From: a virus
IMG/VR virus record: IMGVR_UViG_3300003690_003261
Span: 6,955-70,954 of that record
DNA: 64,000 bases
Reading direction: 5' to 3' (one strand)
The position numbers were made by a program, and so were the translations under genes. Positions 25,962-38,400 of the stretch are shown here, one piece after another; position 1 is the stretch's first letter, and every line of letters begins with the position of its first letter. The notes below the pieces were generated by a model. That model did not search any database. It was given only the letters and a program-made list of their open reading frames with translations, and had not been told where the DNA came from.

Positions 25962-28412
25962 CTAATTACCTGACCATAAATCCAGCAGATCCGGATCTAT
26001 CTGGTATTTCCCCTGGATGGAGATGTCTGCTGTCCCCTTCACTGGCGTACCATAATCCGGGGATCCTGCATATGTGGCTCCCGTTGCATCAACCATCGGC
26101 TCCGATGTTTCCCCCGGAGTTTCCCCCGTTGGACCAGGAGCAGTCGGTCCTACACCGGCGGTGGCGCTTATGGTAGACATCAATATTCCTGAATCTGCTC
26201 CGCCCGTGCTATTCCCCTCAAGACCAAACCCTTCTGTAATATTCATATAAATGTCCTCAAGAACGCTTCTATCGGCCGCGGTGGAGTTCCCAAGCATGGG
26301 ATTTTTATGAACATAACCTGTTCCAGTGGCGAATAACACTTCGAATCTCTCGCGCTCGGGGCCGGCCATAAAAGCATTAAAATTGGCTGCTTTAAAGATA
26401 TAATAGCCACTTAATGCAGACACTTCGTTTCCAGCCCCGTCCATTGTTACTTGAGATTCTGAGGAATTTTGATCTGTCGCGCGATACTCTTTAATATATT
26501 CAGTAACATAATCGTCCAGCAAATATTCTGTGCGAGGTTCGCGGTAAAAACCTAGGGCATTCCCGACTGCTCGTCCATAGCCCGGGGCATCTCGGAAAAA
26601 CACCTTTAAATCTTTATAAGAGTATTTCGTTCCAAAAATCATACGAATCTGCTTAATATCATAATAGTATCTTACACCATATTTAACCTGAGAATCAATA
26701 TAATTTATTTCTTTGTTCTCGAAAGATTTACCTATAAATATTGTTTGTACCGGAGTTGCCCCCGCAGCAGGCACGTCTACAGAGGCGGGGAGCGCATACT
26801 TATCAATCTGATACATTATGGGCTCGCTATATGCTGCCTTGTTAGCAAGAATTTTATCAAAATCGCGGACGGGATAGTTGAGGCGGTCGTCCTGGTTAAG
26901 AAGAAGAAAATTGTCTGTCGCGACGTTCGTGGCCGCTACCAGGCCGGCCTCAGAGTTATAATTTCTTATCAAAATAAAATTATCATCGGTGGTAGTGTTC
27001 GTGTTGATCCGGGTTATAATTTGTTGAATCCGAAATTCGTTCACAATGTCATCTAAAAAAGTACTCATATCAAAATATAAAGAAACCGACGCATCTTCCA
27101 CGCTGATACTGTGTGTCGTAGGGTCTGTAGAACTTCCGCGGGTAAGCTTCTGTGTTTTGAAGGAGGAAGCTTCGCTGCTGTGGCCTAGAATATTCTGTAT
27201 GATATACAGCTGTAAAATATCCATGAAACTGTGACTACTTTCAAAGTCCGGATCATCCATCATCAACGAGAAAAAGGAGGACCCATTAAATAACTCGCTC
27301 GGATCTGAAACATTATCCTCATCGCGACCAATAGTAATTTTATTATAAAACGAGATGTTACGAAGACCGGAGGTTTCGTCATCACGAATAACAAACTCAC
27401 TCATAGCGGGAAGGTCCGAATTTAGAATAACCATATTTTTATACTTCTCGTTGAAGGCAGTCTTTAGTCCATCAACTTGACTGTTGTTCTTGAGAATATT
27501 CAGGCCCTTGCTATACAGAGTATAGAATTGAACTGTTGTAGATTCATCAAATCCTCCGGCCGGGCCGGCAACTTGTTGAAACCATGGATCGGGATCCGCA
27601 TCATTATCTATATTAACTTCTTGAAGTTTCCCATCCAGAGTAATTTGGTTGAAATAATCTGCAGAATTAAATGTGGAGCCTGTATTGCGTATTTCCGATT
27701 CTAAACAATAAAAGCTAGGTAGCATTGGTTCGGAGGCTTGCAAAGAGATGGTCTCATAGGGCGGTGTTGTATCAACATAAAAATTATAGACTGGCTCAAT
27801 TTTTACAGTCAGACCACTTTTCTCTCGGATTGTATCGTCATTAGAGGCTCTATAAAAAAACGAAGTCAAATCAGAAAATATTTGCGTGGTATCAAAGACC
27901 GGGGGTATGCCAGTGGGTAGAGGAGGGTCCGCAAGCTCTGCTCCGGGGATGCCAGATTTCAGAAAATACTCCCACATTGGATCGCCTTCAGACACGCCGG
28001 CCTCCTCGATGGCTTGTCTCAACAAATTAAGAGAAGAATCTTCAAACGCCAAAGCATTCCAAGCAGCATTATCAAGTTCTATCAAATATTTTATAATTCC
28101 ATTATTAGCCGGAAGCTGCGACAAAATAAGCGGAATAGATTCTACTTGGCGCGCGATCGCTAGGGTGCTGAGATCTGCGGAGCCTTGCCCCAAGTTTACA
28201 AGTTTGGGGTCCGAATCGGTGCCTCCTGAGGAGATGGCATAATAAGCACCCAAAACACCTCTAAGCCGATCAGCAATACCCCAATTAGGACGCAGAGCAT
28301 AATTTAGTTTGGCGCCTCCAGCTGCGCGGTTCGGATTGGTCCTGTCCAGAACTCCGATCAAGTTCGAATTTACAAGTATGACCGAATTTTTAAAATTATT
28401 ATTTTGTGCCAT
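25962..28412 (-). CDS. Hypothetical structural protein (816 aa)
   Basis: Long ORF with YIDSQVKYGVRYYY and a Pro/Gly/Thr-rich C-terminal linker. Confidence 0.6.
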   Translation of the reverse strand: MAQNNNFKNSVILVNSNLIGVLDRTNPNRAAGGAKLNYALRPNWGIADRLRGVLGAYYAISSGGTDSDPKLVNLGQGSADLSTLAIARQVESIPLILSQLPANNGIIKYLIELDNAAWNALAFEDSSLNLLRQAIEEAGVSEGDPMWEYFLKSGIPGAELADPPLPTGIPPVFDTTQIFSDLTSFFYRASNDDTIREKSGLTVKIEPVYNFYVDTTPPYETISLQASEPMLPSFYCLESEIRNTGSTFNSADYFNQITLDGKLQEVNIDNDADPDPWFQQVAGPAGGFDESTTVQFYTLYSKGLNILKNNSQVDGLKTAFNEKYKNMVILNSDLPAMSEFVIRDDETSGLRNISFYNKITIGRDEDNVSDPSELFNGSSFFSLMMDDPDFESSHSFMDILQLYIIQNILGHSSEASSFKTQKLTRGSSTDPTTHSISVEDASVSLYFDMSTFLDDIVNEFRIQQIITRINTNTTTDDNFILIRNYNSEAGLVAATNVATDNFLLLNQDDRLNYPVRDFDKILANKAAYSEPIMYQIDKYALPASVDVPAAGATPVQTIFIGKSFENKEINYIDSQVKYGVRYYYDIKQIRMIFGTKYSYKDLKVFFRDAPGYGRAVGNALGFYREPRTEYLLDDYVTEYIKEYRATDQNSSESQVTMDGAGNEVSALSGYYIFKAANFNAFMAGPERERFEVLFATGTGYVHKNPMLGNSTAADRSVLEDIYMNITEGFGLEGNSTGGADSGILMSTISATAGVGPTAPGPTGETPGETSEPMVDATGATYAGSPDYGTPVKGTADISIQGKYQIDPDLLDLWSGN

Positions 28413-31400
28413 CAGTAGCCCCCCTTCTTACTCATCCTTGAACGCCGTACTTTAGACCCCGAGGCGCGGCGGGGACCGCGAGTCGGCGATTTCTTTTGTC
28501 GCCCGGGCTTGTGCCGGGCAGGCGCTGGGGGCGGCGGCGGAAGAAGTCGCACATTCAATGGTGATGGGATTTGGGTATACGCGGGGTCAACTAAAGAGAT
28601 TGGATCTTCAATATTGAGAGCAGTCTTTTTCATCTCTTCTTTCATCCGTTTATACAGAGATTTGATAATTTCATCATAGCCGCCGCCTACATAATTTATC
28701 GATGCTGCCTCAGGGGCCTGGTCGCCTAGTACAAACAAACTATCATATTCAGGAAGTTTATAGTGGCTTGGCACCTTAAAAGCTTTAGTAACCATTAGCA
28801 TCCTACATAATACCGTTGCTTTCTGTTGCTTAAACTTGTTAAACTGGGTCTGGTTAAGTGTACGCCATACAGGAGCATTAAGGTTTATTGTTCCTCCGGT
28901 TTTTACATAACCATCAAAATATTGAATTTCTACCAAAGAATTGAAATTAATTGACTTACCAAAACTACTATTATTTTGGGTGCTTGATGGATCTTGATTA
29001 TCGGCAGCAGCCGCTAGCGAACCCAGGCCGGCAGATCCATAAATTGGTCGGGGGAAGCGTTTGAAATTAAACGCTCTGGAACTCACCAGTCTGCGCGAGA
29101 TCCTAGATTTTCTCAGTCGCGATCTCCTGGAGCGGATTCGTTTAATCTTAAACTGTTGTGATCCTTCTTTAGCGGCCACAGAAGAAACCACATCCTTATT
29201 AAAAGAAGCATTAAATATGTAATTACTGGTTCGTACTGTCTTGGTACTAATGGGCTTGGGGTCCGCTAAAATTTCTATCAAGGGTTTAGTATTTTCGACC
29301 ATAGAAACATCAGCGCTTCCTAATATGTCGCCCACTTCTTCATCGTAAACTTCTTCGGTATTCTTTGGGGAGACTCGCGCAACGCCGCGGATATTAGGAC
29401 TCAAGGCACCCCTCAATACTCCATTTCCAGACGCTTGGGGAAGAAATTTTAGGGAAGTATCCACAATCCCGCCACCAGTTTTCAAGCTGCGAGGGCTAAA
29501 GAAACCAAACTTATTCACCCCAGGAGCATTCGGCTCAGGAACCGTAAACTTAGCTAGTTCATCTGACACCCTTGCTTCATATTGAGAAAAAGAGATATTT
29601 GTAAAGTTTCCTACGTTATTGACAGTTCGAGCGTCATCTAAATAGTCGGTGCCCTCGTCTCTCCCGGCGCTGCACGTATAATTAGACGCGAAAACGTGCT
29701 CAATCATAATCTTACGCCTTGTACTATTTTCGGATGTAATCTTCGAACTAACATTAAATTTATTACCATTGGTTGGTGTGGTCGTCGTCTTAAAAAGTCT
29801 CTGAAGATTTGTATTAAAATTGTTTACCAGCTCGCCCACCATCCTCATTGACTGGATGTCCCCGTTCCCGGGATTAACCATGGTAATAAGATTTTTTCTC
29901 CACATTAGTGACCCAAACCCACCGTACGCGGACGCACCATAAACAAACTCAATGGCTGTCATATAGGCATTAATTAACCTTTTCCATTCTTTTTGAAGCT
30001 CTAAAAGGAATTTTTGATCCCGCTTAAGGCGTGCTTTAATATTAAATCCGCTTTCACCAACCGCGTCTGCGGCGGCCAAAAACTGATTATAGCGAGCCAA
30101 AAATTTGGGCAACACTTTAGCAATTCTGGCAATTGCCGAAACTGACGTATCAATTAAATCAACATAAACTTTATATTCATATGTGCCCGTGCTTTTATCC
30201 GCCATGTCGGAATCTGTCACCACTAAGTTGGCCACCTTACCATTAGCTCCCCTAAAAGTAACGGGCTTTACAACCCCGTTTTTCAATGAACCAATAAATT
30301 TTTCACTCGAAAGTTGTATGTTATTCCCACAAATACTTATTTTACCGGGGGTCAGCTCATTAGGTTGCGTGTTGACAGGATCGATTCTAGTGCGGAACAC
30401 TCGAATATTTTCTATTTTGAAACAACTAGCCAAGGAATCTTTATTCTGAATGAAGCTCCCTAGCTTTGTATTATCGCGAGCTAAGCGGTCATAATTAATA
30501 GAGAAAAATATTTTAAGTTCGTTGTCAGATGTTCTCGAATATAAAGTGTCCGATATATGGGCTGGTGCGTTGAGTACTTTGCGAGTTTTTTCAAAATCTT
30601 TGCGTTGACGTCGCGACAAGGCTTCTATCTTTGAAGGAATATTAGAAAAAGATAATTTTTTAACGTCATTTAAAAAACGCAAATCCAATATTTTCTGATT
30701 TGATAATTGCCGGCTCTGAAGGGGCGGATGAGGCTGCGACCATGACCATGGTTTATTAGGGTGGCTTGCAAAATAGCTCCCCCGGTAGTGATTTACTGGG
30801 CCGGCCCAGATCTCGCCCTTTTTCCCATATCCCTTCGCAGCTTGTTGAAGAGTATAAACAGTACTTAATAACGAAGACTGACCATTTCTCATAATTTCAT
30901 CTACCGCTGGCGCGCCTATTTTCATAGCTTTTATTTTTCGATCCACCCCCGATTGACTAATAGACTGTGGGTCGATGGCGTAAGGAGTGGCGTAAACAAA
31001 TAAATTTTTAAGACCCTTAAGCGGACACTCATAAACAAGCTTCACTTCTTTCTTGTATAGAGTACGTCTCGGAGATCGAGTGTTAATAGGAACTCCCTCC
31101 AGGTTTTTGTAGCTCTGGTCCACCTTTAAATAATTCTTAACTATGCCACCCTCTAATTTCGGATTGCGAATCAAGTCCTTTGTCCAGCTTTCGTACGCGC
31201 ACATTTTATGGAGAGGGCCCGCGGAGTGTGCAAAGGCCACAAAGATCATATAACGACCACTTATAAGAGCCGACGGCCACTGTGTGGTTTGTACCGACAA
31301 TGTTACCTCTACTTTTTGGACTTCTGCCTCAAAATCAGTCGGCAGGATCTTTATCTTTTCAATAAATAGAGAAGGTAAAGTACCATCAGGAATGGCTCCA

Positions 31401-31429
31401 TAACCGATTTTAGCACTAGAGGAAGCCAT
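28412..31429 (-). CDS. Hypothetical structural protein (1005 aa) with Arg/Lys-rich patches
   Basis: Long ORF in the tail module; TGATG coupling with the downstream gene. Confidence 0.6.
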   Translation of the reverse strand: MASSSAKIGYGAIPDGTLPSLFIEKIKILPTDFEAEVQKVEVTLSVQTTQWPSALISGRYMIFVAFAHSAGPLHKMCAYESWTKDLIRNPKLEGGIVKNYLKVDQSYKNLEGVPINTRSPRRTLYKKEVKLVYECPLKGLKNLFVYATPYAIDPQSISQSGVDRKIKAMKIGAPAVDEIMRNGQSSLLSTVYTLQQAAKGYGKKGEIWAGPVNHYRGSYFASHPNKPWSWSQPHPPLQSRQLSNQKILDLRFLNDVKKLSFSNIPSKIEALSRRQRKDFEKTRKVLNAPAHISDTLYSRTSDNELKIFFSINYDRLARDNTKLGSFIQNKDSLASCFKIENIRVFRTRIDPVNTQPNELTPGKISICGNNIQLSSEKFIGSLKNGVVKPVTFRGANGKVANLVVTDSDMADKSTGTYEYKVYVDLIDTSVSAIARIAKVLPKFLARYNQFLAAADAVGESGFNIKARLKRDQKFLLELQKEWKRLINAYMTAIEFVYGASAYGGFGSLMWRKNLITMVNPGNGDIQSMRMVGELVNNFNTNLQRLFKTTTTPTNGNKFNVSSKITSENSTRRKIMIEHVFASNYTCSAGRDEGTDYLDDARTVNNVGNFTNISFSQYEARVSDELAKFTVPEPNAPGVNKFGFFSPRSLKTGGGIVDTSLKFLPQASGNGVLRGALSPNIRGVARVSPKNTEEVYDEEVGDILGSADVSMVENTKPLIEILADPKPISTKTVRTSNYIFNASFNKDVVSSVAAKEGSQQFKIKRIRSRRSRLRKSRISRRLVSSRAFNFKRFPRPIYGSAGLGSLAAAADNQDPSSTQNNSSFGKSINFNSLVEIQYFDGYVKTGGTINLNAPVWRTLNQTQFNKFKQQKATVLCRMLMVTKAFKVPSHYKLPEYDSLFVLGDQAPEAASINYVGGGYDEIIKSLYKRMKEEMKKTALNIEDPISLVDPAYTQIPSPLNVRLLPPPPPAPARHKPGRQKKSPTRGPRRASGSKVRRSRMSKKGGY

Positions 31430-31432
31430 TTT

Positions 31433-32413
31433 CTAACATGCCTCCTCATCTTCAGTCACATATAGATCTCTATTAAACTTAGGTCGCGTGGAATTGGAAG
31501 TAAGATCGTTCATGTCTATCTTGGCTTCTTGCAAAATATCAGCCGGAATCTCCTGGTCTAAATACAAATTAAAATAATATTCTACATTACCAATATTAGT
31601 TTCCGCATTCCCCAAAGGCGCCGGAACACTTATAGCGTTATTTAAAAATGCCATTTGTTCTAGCGTTGAGGGAGGAGTCATAACAGATCCACTCATCTCA
31701 GACTCAAAAAATACTTCCACTTCAAAGTTTTCTTTTATAAAGTTGGTATTGCCTTCTAAAATTTCCAACACCACATAGTCTTCACGCAAAGATAAGTAAA
31801 TATTTGTCTCCGGTGCACCGGGTATATAATCACTAATGGCGTTTACAGACTTCGGACCTTTCTCAAAATAAGTTTGATAATCTATCTCAATATTTAACTG
31901 AGGAATTCTAGTAATCACCCCATTGTTAATATCGGCAAAACTGCTAGATGGATTCGTTATGATATATTCTTGAGATGAATCAATGGTGTTCTTAAGCGCT
32001 CCAATAGACCATGCTGCTGATTTGTCTGTTGTCATCAGCCCGGTTCCAATTGGATAAGATGAAAAATTAACCTTCCCAATAAAGGCCTCCTGTTGAAATG
32101 CCTCCACCGAGTCAGCCGGATCTGAATTTTGACCTACCAGATTCGCACTAACTTTATCAAGGAAGCGCTCGACACGCGTTTCGGCGCCAGTTCGAGTGGG
32201 TACCACTTTAAGATTGGGGGTTTCGTAGCGGATACGACGGTCGACATCATTTTGATCTTCAGTAATATCTACAAATTCTGAATTATATAAAATTTCATCG
32301 TCATAAAAAGAATAGTAAACTGGCGCCAGGCGTCCTAGCGACAATAAATACTTACCGTATTCCGTCAACTGAACTTCTAGCATTTCTTCTTTTTTATTAA
32401 AGAATTCAGCCAT
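31433..32413 (-). CDS. Structural protein, N-terminus paralogous to 24113..24586
   Basis: LTEYGKYLLSLG...YSFYDDEILY aligns with LTDTGRLRLAKG...FALGDDEIDY. Confidence 0.55.
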   Translation of the reverse strand: MAEFFNKKEEMLEVQLTEYGKYLLSLGRLAPVYYSFYDDEILYNSEFVDITEDQNDVDRRIRYETPNLKVVPTRTGAETRVERFLDKVSANLVGQNSDPADSVEAFQQEAFIGKVNFSSYPIGTGLMTTDKSAAWSIGALKNTIDSSQEYIITNPSSSFADINNGVITRIPQLNIEIDYQTYFEKGPKSVNAISDYIPGAPETNIYLSLREDYVVLEILEGNTNFIKENFEVEVFFESEMSGSVMTPPSTLEQMAFLNNAISVPAPLGNAETNIGNVEYYFNLYLDQEIPADILQEAKIDMNDLTSNSTRPKFNRDLYVTEDEEAC

Positions 32414-35400
32414 TTACTTCCTCCTCTTTATGCTCTGGCGTCTCGATGTTTGTTTTTTGCGATCTTTCAGCTTCCTACGCGAGCCAGTTTCTATTTCCAC
32501 TCCGTCGCGCGCGGTACGGATCTTAGGACGACGTTTTTTACGACGATCAATAACCTCAGGCTTGAACCGCTGACGGGTTGGCTGAACCTCCGTGGGTAGT
32601 AGTCGCTTAGCCACATCCTCTTCCATGGGGATAAACTCTTCTAAATCGGGCGCAACAAGTACTTCCTCCTCGGCGTCGGTGATAATATCCTCCGTCGCAT
32701 AGGTCATCTCGGCATCTATTTTAACTAGTTCAACGATGGAGAAGTAATCATATGGCCAGTTATAGGAATAAGGAAGAGATAGAGCCGGTTGGACAATTGG
32801 TTTTTCTTCGGTGAGCACCTTTTTGGTGTACACATTATAATCTTTTTCGGCCTTTCTCTTCACCTTGAACACCATCCATTCCAGTTCTTCGTTGTTTTCC
32901 ATCAGTCGATCGACCAAATCCTTAATTTTAATTTGGACATTAGTCTTTTGGAATTGGCGGCCGCTATAGCTCTTGGGAGGAACATTTTGCCAAATATTCA
33001 TTAAATCTTCTTGGTCAAGTGTCATCTCAAATTCAAAAGCATAAAATACTATGGGCTTCACAGTAGGATTGGTAAGATAATCAAAAGTGGGAGGGAATAA
33101 ATATTTATTAAGCAGCGCTAATTGGCGTATATATGTAGGAGATGAGGGTTCAATATCAAAAAATCTCCTGTCACCGCGAACGTTAATAAATGGAACGATA
33201 ACTACTGCTTCTTCCAGTTTTCTAGCATCAGCAAAGTCTCCCACTCTCTTAGAATTGGTTTCAAATCCAACTACATTTCTAAGTGACTTCACGGGAATTT
33301 CCCCATACCGGCCGGATACAAATAATTTGGGCATATCGTTGATCGCTAGATTGAGACCCGACTCCCCTATCACCGGGTTTCCATATTGATGCCACATTCC
33401 TCGGACCTCTAAATAGGGGTTATTCGACCCGGTAAGGTCGCCGCGGTCAACATAGGTAGTCGGCCCAGGATTGATAAACTTCGTGGCGCCTCCGGCCGAG
33501 CCGGAACCCACGCCTATGCGATTAGCCTCGGTGTTGTAGAAGTTTAATACGGGAGTCTCAAATTTAGGCTGTATCAACCATCGTGATTCTTGTTGAGCTG
33601 TTCCTTCGGGAATTACCATCAACTTATCAAAGATATTGACGCTAGAACTAATCTGGCTTCTAAGGCCAGAGTAAGATAGGACAGCTGAGATATCATCCGC
33701 GTCGTATCCTCCAGTAATGCCCTGGCGGCATGACGCACTGGCAAGTGTCGTGAAGTCACCATAAAGAGGATCATTCAAGTATGTGGCCACCTCTTGGGCC
33801 CGGGCCTGGGATGAATAAAAACTATCTTTTGCATACTCAACGACTGCGCCGCCCATAATATCGTTCAAGGTTACCCGACCATCAAACTCTGCCTTATATA
33901 GGATATTGGCCCGGGCACTACCATAAAAATAAGGAGGCAGAACGTGCTCATAAGACCAAATTGGACTTGTTTGATACGTGGCGTCCTCTCCACCCGGCGT
34001 TCCGGCGCCTCCGGGAAGAATGAAATCTTTAATCTTGCCGGTGGTAGCATTTCTTGCGGGACTTAACCCGCATAACGCGATGGGAGGCCCGAAGGCTGAG
34101 GCTCGGGAATACATCCCAAACGTCCGAGTTGGGTCTTTGCCGCGCGCGCCGTCGAGGTCGCCCATGGTTTCCCATCCCCACGTATTAGGAACGGACAGAT
34201 CTACAGACATACCATAATAGGACCCGGAAGTCACTGCCATAAATTCTTCTTCTTGTTTTGACAGGAAGGCGCAGTTTTGAGGGCCTTTAAGGAAAAAGTT
34301 ATAAGTTTCACACAGAAAATTATCAATTGCCATCTTGTACAAGGGAGATTTTGAAACTCCACTATATTTTATCTTACTCCGAATATCGCCCATACTGCTA
34401 GATAGAGAAGGAATCAAAGGAGCCAGAGCACTCCCTACGTGATGAAGCGACGCCATCCCGAGGCCCGTATCATATAGCCACTCTTCCGTTATTGACGTTG
34501 ACCCCAAATATTTCTCGGGATCTCTCAGTGCCTCGAAAGGCAATTTTTTCAAGAAATAGCCACCAGTGTTAAGGTGTCTCGACGACATGTCATTTATATT
34601 AGGCGGCAATGATCCGGATCCTGCAATAGATGTAACCCAATCGCTCACAGCCTTTTCAGTGGTAAGGTTCAAGAGAGGAAAGCCGTAAGAGCCCGCTGTT
34701 ATATTGGTTCCCATCCAATGCGGCGTCCCGCCGACTCCCGCGTTGTCGTCGTTCACCGGAGGCTGGCCTGACCCGGTGTATCCCCCGTCCATCCCGGCAG
34801 GACATGCTTTGCCAGGCCAAGTGTCTCGGAGTCTGAACCCCCCGTAATCATAGTTGATCATATCAGGCCAAGTGGCTGCCCGGTTGTCCCCGTAATAGCC
34901 GGCGGAAATATTATATATCCAATTCGGCCCGCCGCGATCTTGGTCGACCGAGGCCGACACCGAACCACTTTCTCTTAGTAGGTTCTCATAGAGAGGGTAC
35001 TTCGAGACTAAAGCATGACCATCGATGGGGCGCTTATAAAAGCCGTCGGGGCTACTCGAGCCGGCGCGGTAGGTTTGGATCATATTGCCTATCACGAAGT
35101 TGTCAACAGCAATCCCAGACTTAATAGTGTTATATAAAATTCCAGGCGATATGAGAGGTTCATAAATAATACGCTTCAAAATTGCGCCGGCGCCGGGTTG
35201 AACAATCGAGCCACTATTTTTTATAGCATTTGTAGCTATATCGATTTCGCCCAAGGAATGCGAAAGCAGTGTTCCCAACTCTAATGTTCTCTCTGCTGGA
35301 TAAAATCCCTCATAAGGCAAAAACTGTAGTATGGCCTCGCAAGATAATTCAAGCGCATGGCGATCCACATTGACTCCCGCTGCGTTTGTCTGTCCGGCGA

Positions 35401-38400
35401 AATCCTCGTCAACCACCTTGAAATATTTCATAAAATCTGTTGTAGAATAAACCTTATAAAACTCGGCACTTGTTACGGTGCCTGCTTGCCCGGGTCCGCC
35501 ACGACCAACTGACTCTAGAGAGCCTCCCGGGACTTCGAACAAAGCCGGCGGTGAATCTAAGAAATTGGCATTATGAGTATCAACCCAATCCGCAAGATGT
35601 TGCGAGATTCTAAACTCGGGAACTACTGTATAATCTTTACCAACCAAACGGAAATCCGATGATAACTCCTGATAAGTCTGATATGGCTGTGGGCCGGGCT
35701 GATCACCCCAATACGTGGACTGATTGGTAATAATCGGTTTTGGGAAATCAAAGTGAGATTCCATCGACCCGGCTGGGGCAGTCCAGGGAGTCTCTCCTAT
35801 AGCGACAATGGCGGCGCCAGACATAAGGCCGGATGTTCTGTTCCCGGCGAATTCGGGGTTTGCGGGCATCGTCGCGTCAAGCAACATTTCCCTTAAATTA
35901 CCATAAAGGGGACGATTACCGCCAAATATAGGCATTGTATAAGTGCTTGCCGCCTTTGCTGAGGCCGCTCGCTTGATATATCCGTGCCGATCGTCGCTAT
36001 CACGAATGAGCCACTCCACTTGACGCGCTCCCCACCGGCCGGTAAATACGGGCCTATTCCCGGTACCGGCGCCATCCGAAGAAATAACATTAATAGCAAG
36101 ACCTGGGAAATTAAAGCGAGAATAGGTGTTCATTAACTCGCCAGAGGGAGCAGCTATTCCCTTGCCGTCATATATATCAGTAAGAAAGCCAAGATCTCCA
36201 ACATCCCCCTTGCCAACATGATCGCCACCCTGCCCGTCGCGATTGATTTGCAAAGAGCCCGATGGATTGTTCCTCCAAGGGAACCAGCCATAGGTGATCC
36301 CATTAGTAGGAGAGAAATCCCCGGAGCCCGAGACGCTGGCGGAATATTCATAGTCCAGCGGCCAGATACTGGCTCCCGTGACAGGCAGATTTTGAGAGTT
36401 TAAAATTGTTCGAATATCGGAATTGTTTTTATACCCGTGTAGCCAGGCGCCTTCCGCAAAGGTCACCAAGCTTGAGTTACACGTCAGGTCGATGCCTGAC
36501 CAACGGGTTGTAGAGCAGGCATTCCATATGTCAACAATACCATAGGTTTCTCTACTCCTAACCCTGTTTTGATACATATTTGTTTCTTTGGGGTAAATGG
36601 TTTGACCATATTTGACCATAAAACTTAAATTACTATTAATAGCAAAATCTGCGACAGTGTTGTAAGCATTTCCCTCATCGGCTATTTTGACAAGATTAAG
36701 TTTATTATTCAGACCCGTATGGGAAAAATAATCTAAATTATTTTGATAGGAAACATCCAGCGCCAAATTGTTGGAAACGTCCGGATCGGCGTCGTTGTCT
36801 TCGAATGCAAAAAATATTGGTTTAGCACTACTGGCGATTGGTTGTTCAACGTAATTTGTAAAACTATTGGATGACAAGCCGCGATCAAACCCGATAAACT
36901 GTCCTTCTGCGTTTTTCTGCTCAAGATAGGGGGGAGGATCCGCAATTCCAATAATGTTCTTCTTTCTCAGGGCGCGCGCCACTTTAGTTTCCCCAGTCCT
37001 AATCTGCTTCCAAGTTGGATATCCATAAGGGCCATTTCGGCTTAACGTAAGGAAATTAAGCATCTTAGGTTCAGAAGTACTCGAAGGTTGTAGAGTTACA
37101 TGCCGAGAAGTCATTCCCTCCGTATTGTTGACCCCCACTTGATTGACAATCGTGCCACGATATGCATTCTCGGTCGAATTAAAAACAGGATTTGTATCCC
37201 CATGCAAAGGATTAAAGCGGTACCAGGCGATGAGAGAATCGCTCATACTTATTATGGGATCAAATGCAGCGCTTCCGCCATTATACACCTCTGCCACCTG
37301 AGCGTTGGTCAACTCGCCATCTCCGCCTGGGCCGGAGCCCCATATAGTTACATTGCTCATACCACCCTTCCAAGAATCCCAGGTCGTTGGCGTGGTGGCG
37401 TTCAGGTTCGTACCGATATATCCTATATAAGCATCTGATGCCTGCGAGTCGATCATGCTTTTAGGATTATCAGTCGTATTGGAGTCCACAAGTGCCCCAT
37501 TAACATACACCCTTATGGCACCGGTGGAGCCGCCCTCAAAAGTAACAGCCACGTGGGTCCAGATGCCGTCCGGAATCAATGTTCCGTCGACTTCAACCAA
37601 CCCGTTGCCGGGTCCGGAGCCGGTGGCGCCCTTTATTTGGAAGAAGAAAGTGCCTTGGACACCGGGCCCGGACGTTACAGTCGTGGAGCGCTGGTAGAAG
37701 GCGCGTCTGCAGCCGCCGTCGGCGTCACCTGGTGATCCTCCGAAGTAAAAGAGGGCGTTCTGAATCGTACTAAATTGATTTCTAATGAGATGCTTAGGCT
37801 GGATCCACATTGCTATGGTGAAAGCGCGGGCTGAGGCGCCGGCGAGACCAATAAGGGCATCCCAAGTACTCTTCGATCCAATATTCAACCAAGCATGTTG
37901 GTTGAGATCGTGGCTGGCGGCCGCGGACCACGGTGGCGGGCACGTGTAGATGTTGGGGTCGAGTTGGCCTAGTGTATGAGTAGTCGTATTTACCGGATCC
38001 GTGGTTGGGCCATTCAGGCCTAAAAAGGAAATATTTCCATAATAAGGATCAGAAGAGCCTGTCATAAGCTTACATAAAGCTGTGCTGGAATAACATGATG
38101 GAGAATCAAGACCAAGTATAGATTTATTTGCCATTAATGACGCAGTCATCCATGCATACTGTTGTTCCGATTGAGGTATGGGATGCTGAACATACCAATT
38201 ATCATAAACCTTCTTATATGTATTGGAAACCGATTTTATTGCCACGGCAGACTGAATTGTCAGATCTGCTCCGGCGCCGTCGGTGCCCGGGGAAGCGGCC
38301 GGGGCCCTGTTTTCAACATCGCTAGCGGTATCCCCTAGGGCCGAATCAAACGCATACCACGCTAGCAAATCATTAGGCAAAGCACTAGTCACCGCACAAG

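Noticed and set aside
25940-25990. Possible third frameshift joining 25962..28412 to 24635..25960 (the downstream frame is open for 12 extra codons, IRICWIYGQVIR)
   Set aside because: The junction also reads as a normal TAG-A-ATG coupling with an AGGT RBS-like site, so it cannot be called without homologues or reads.
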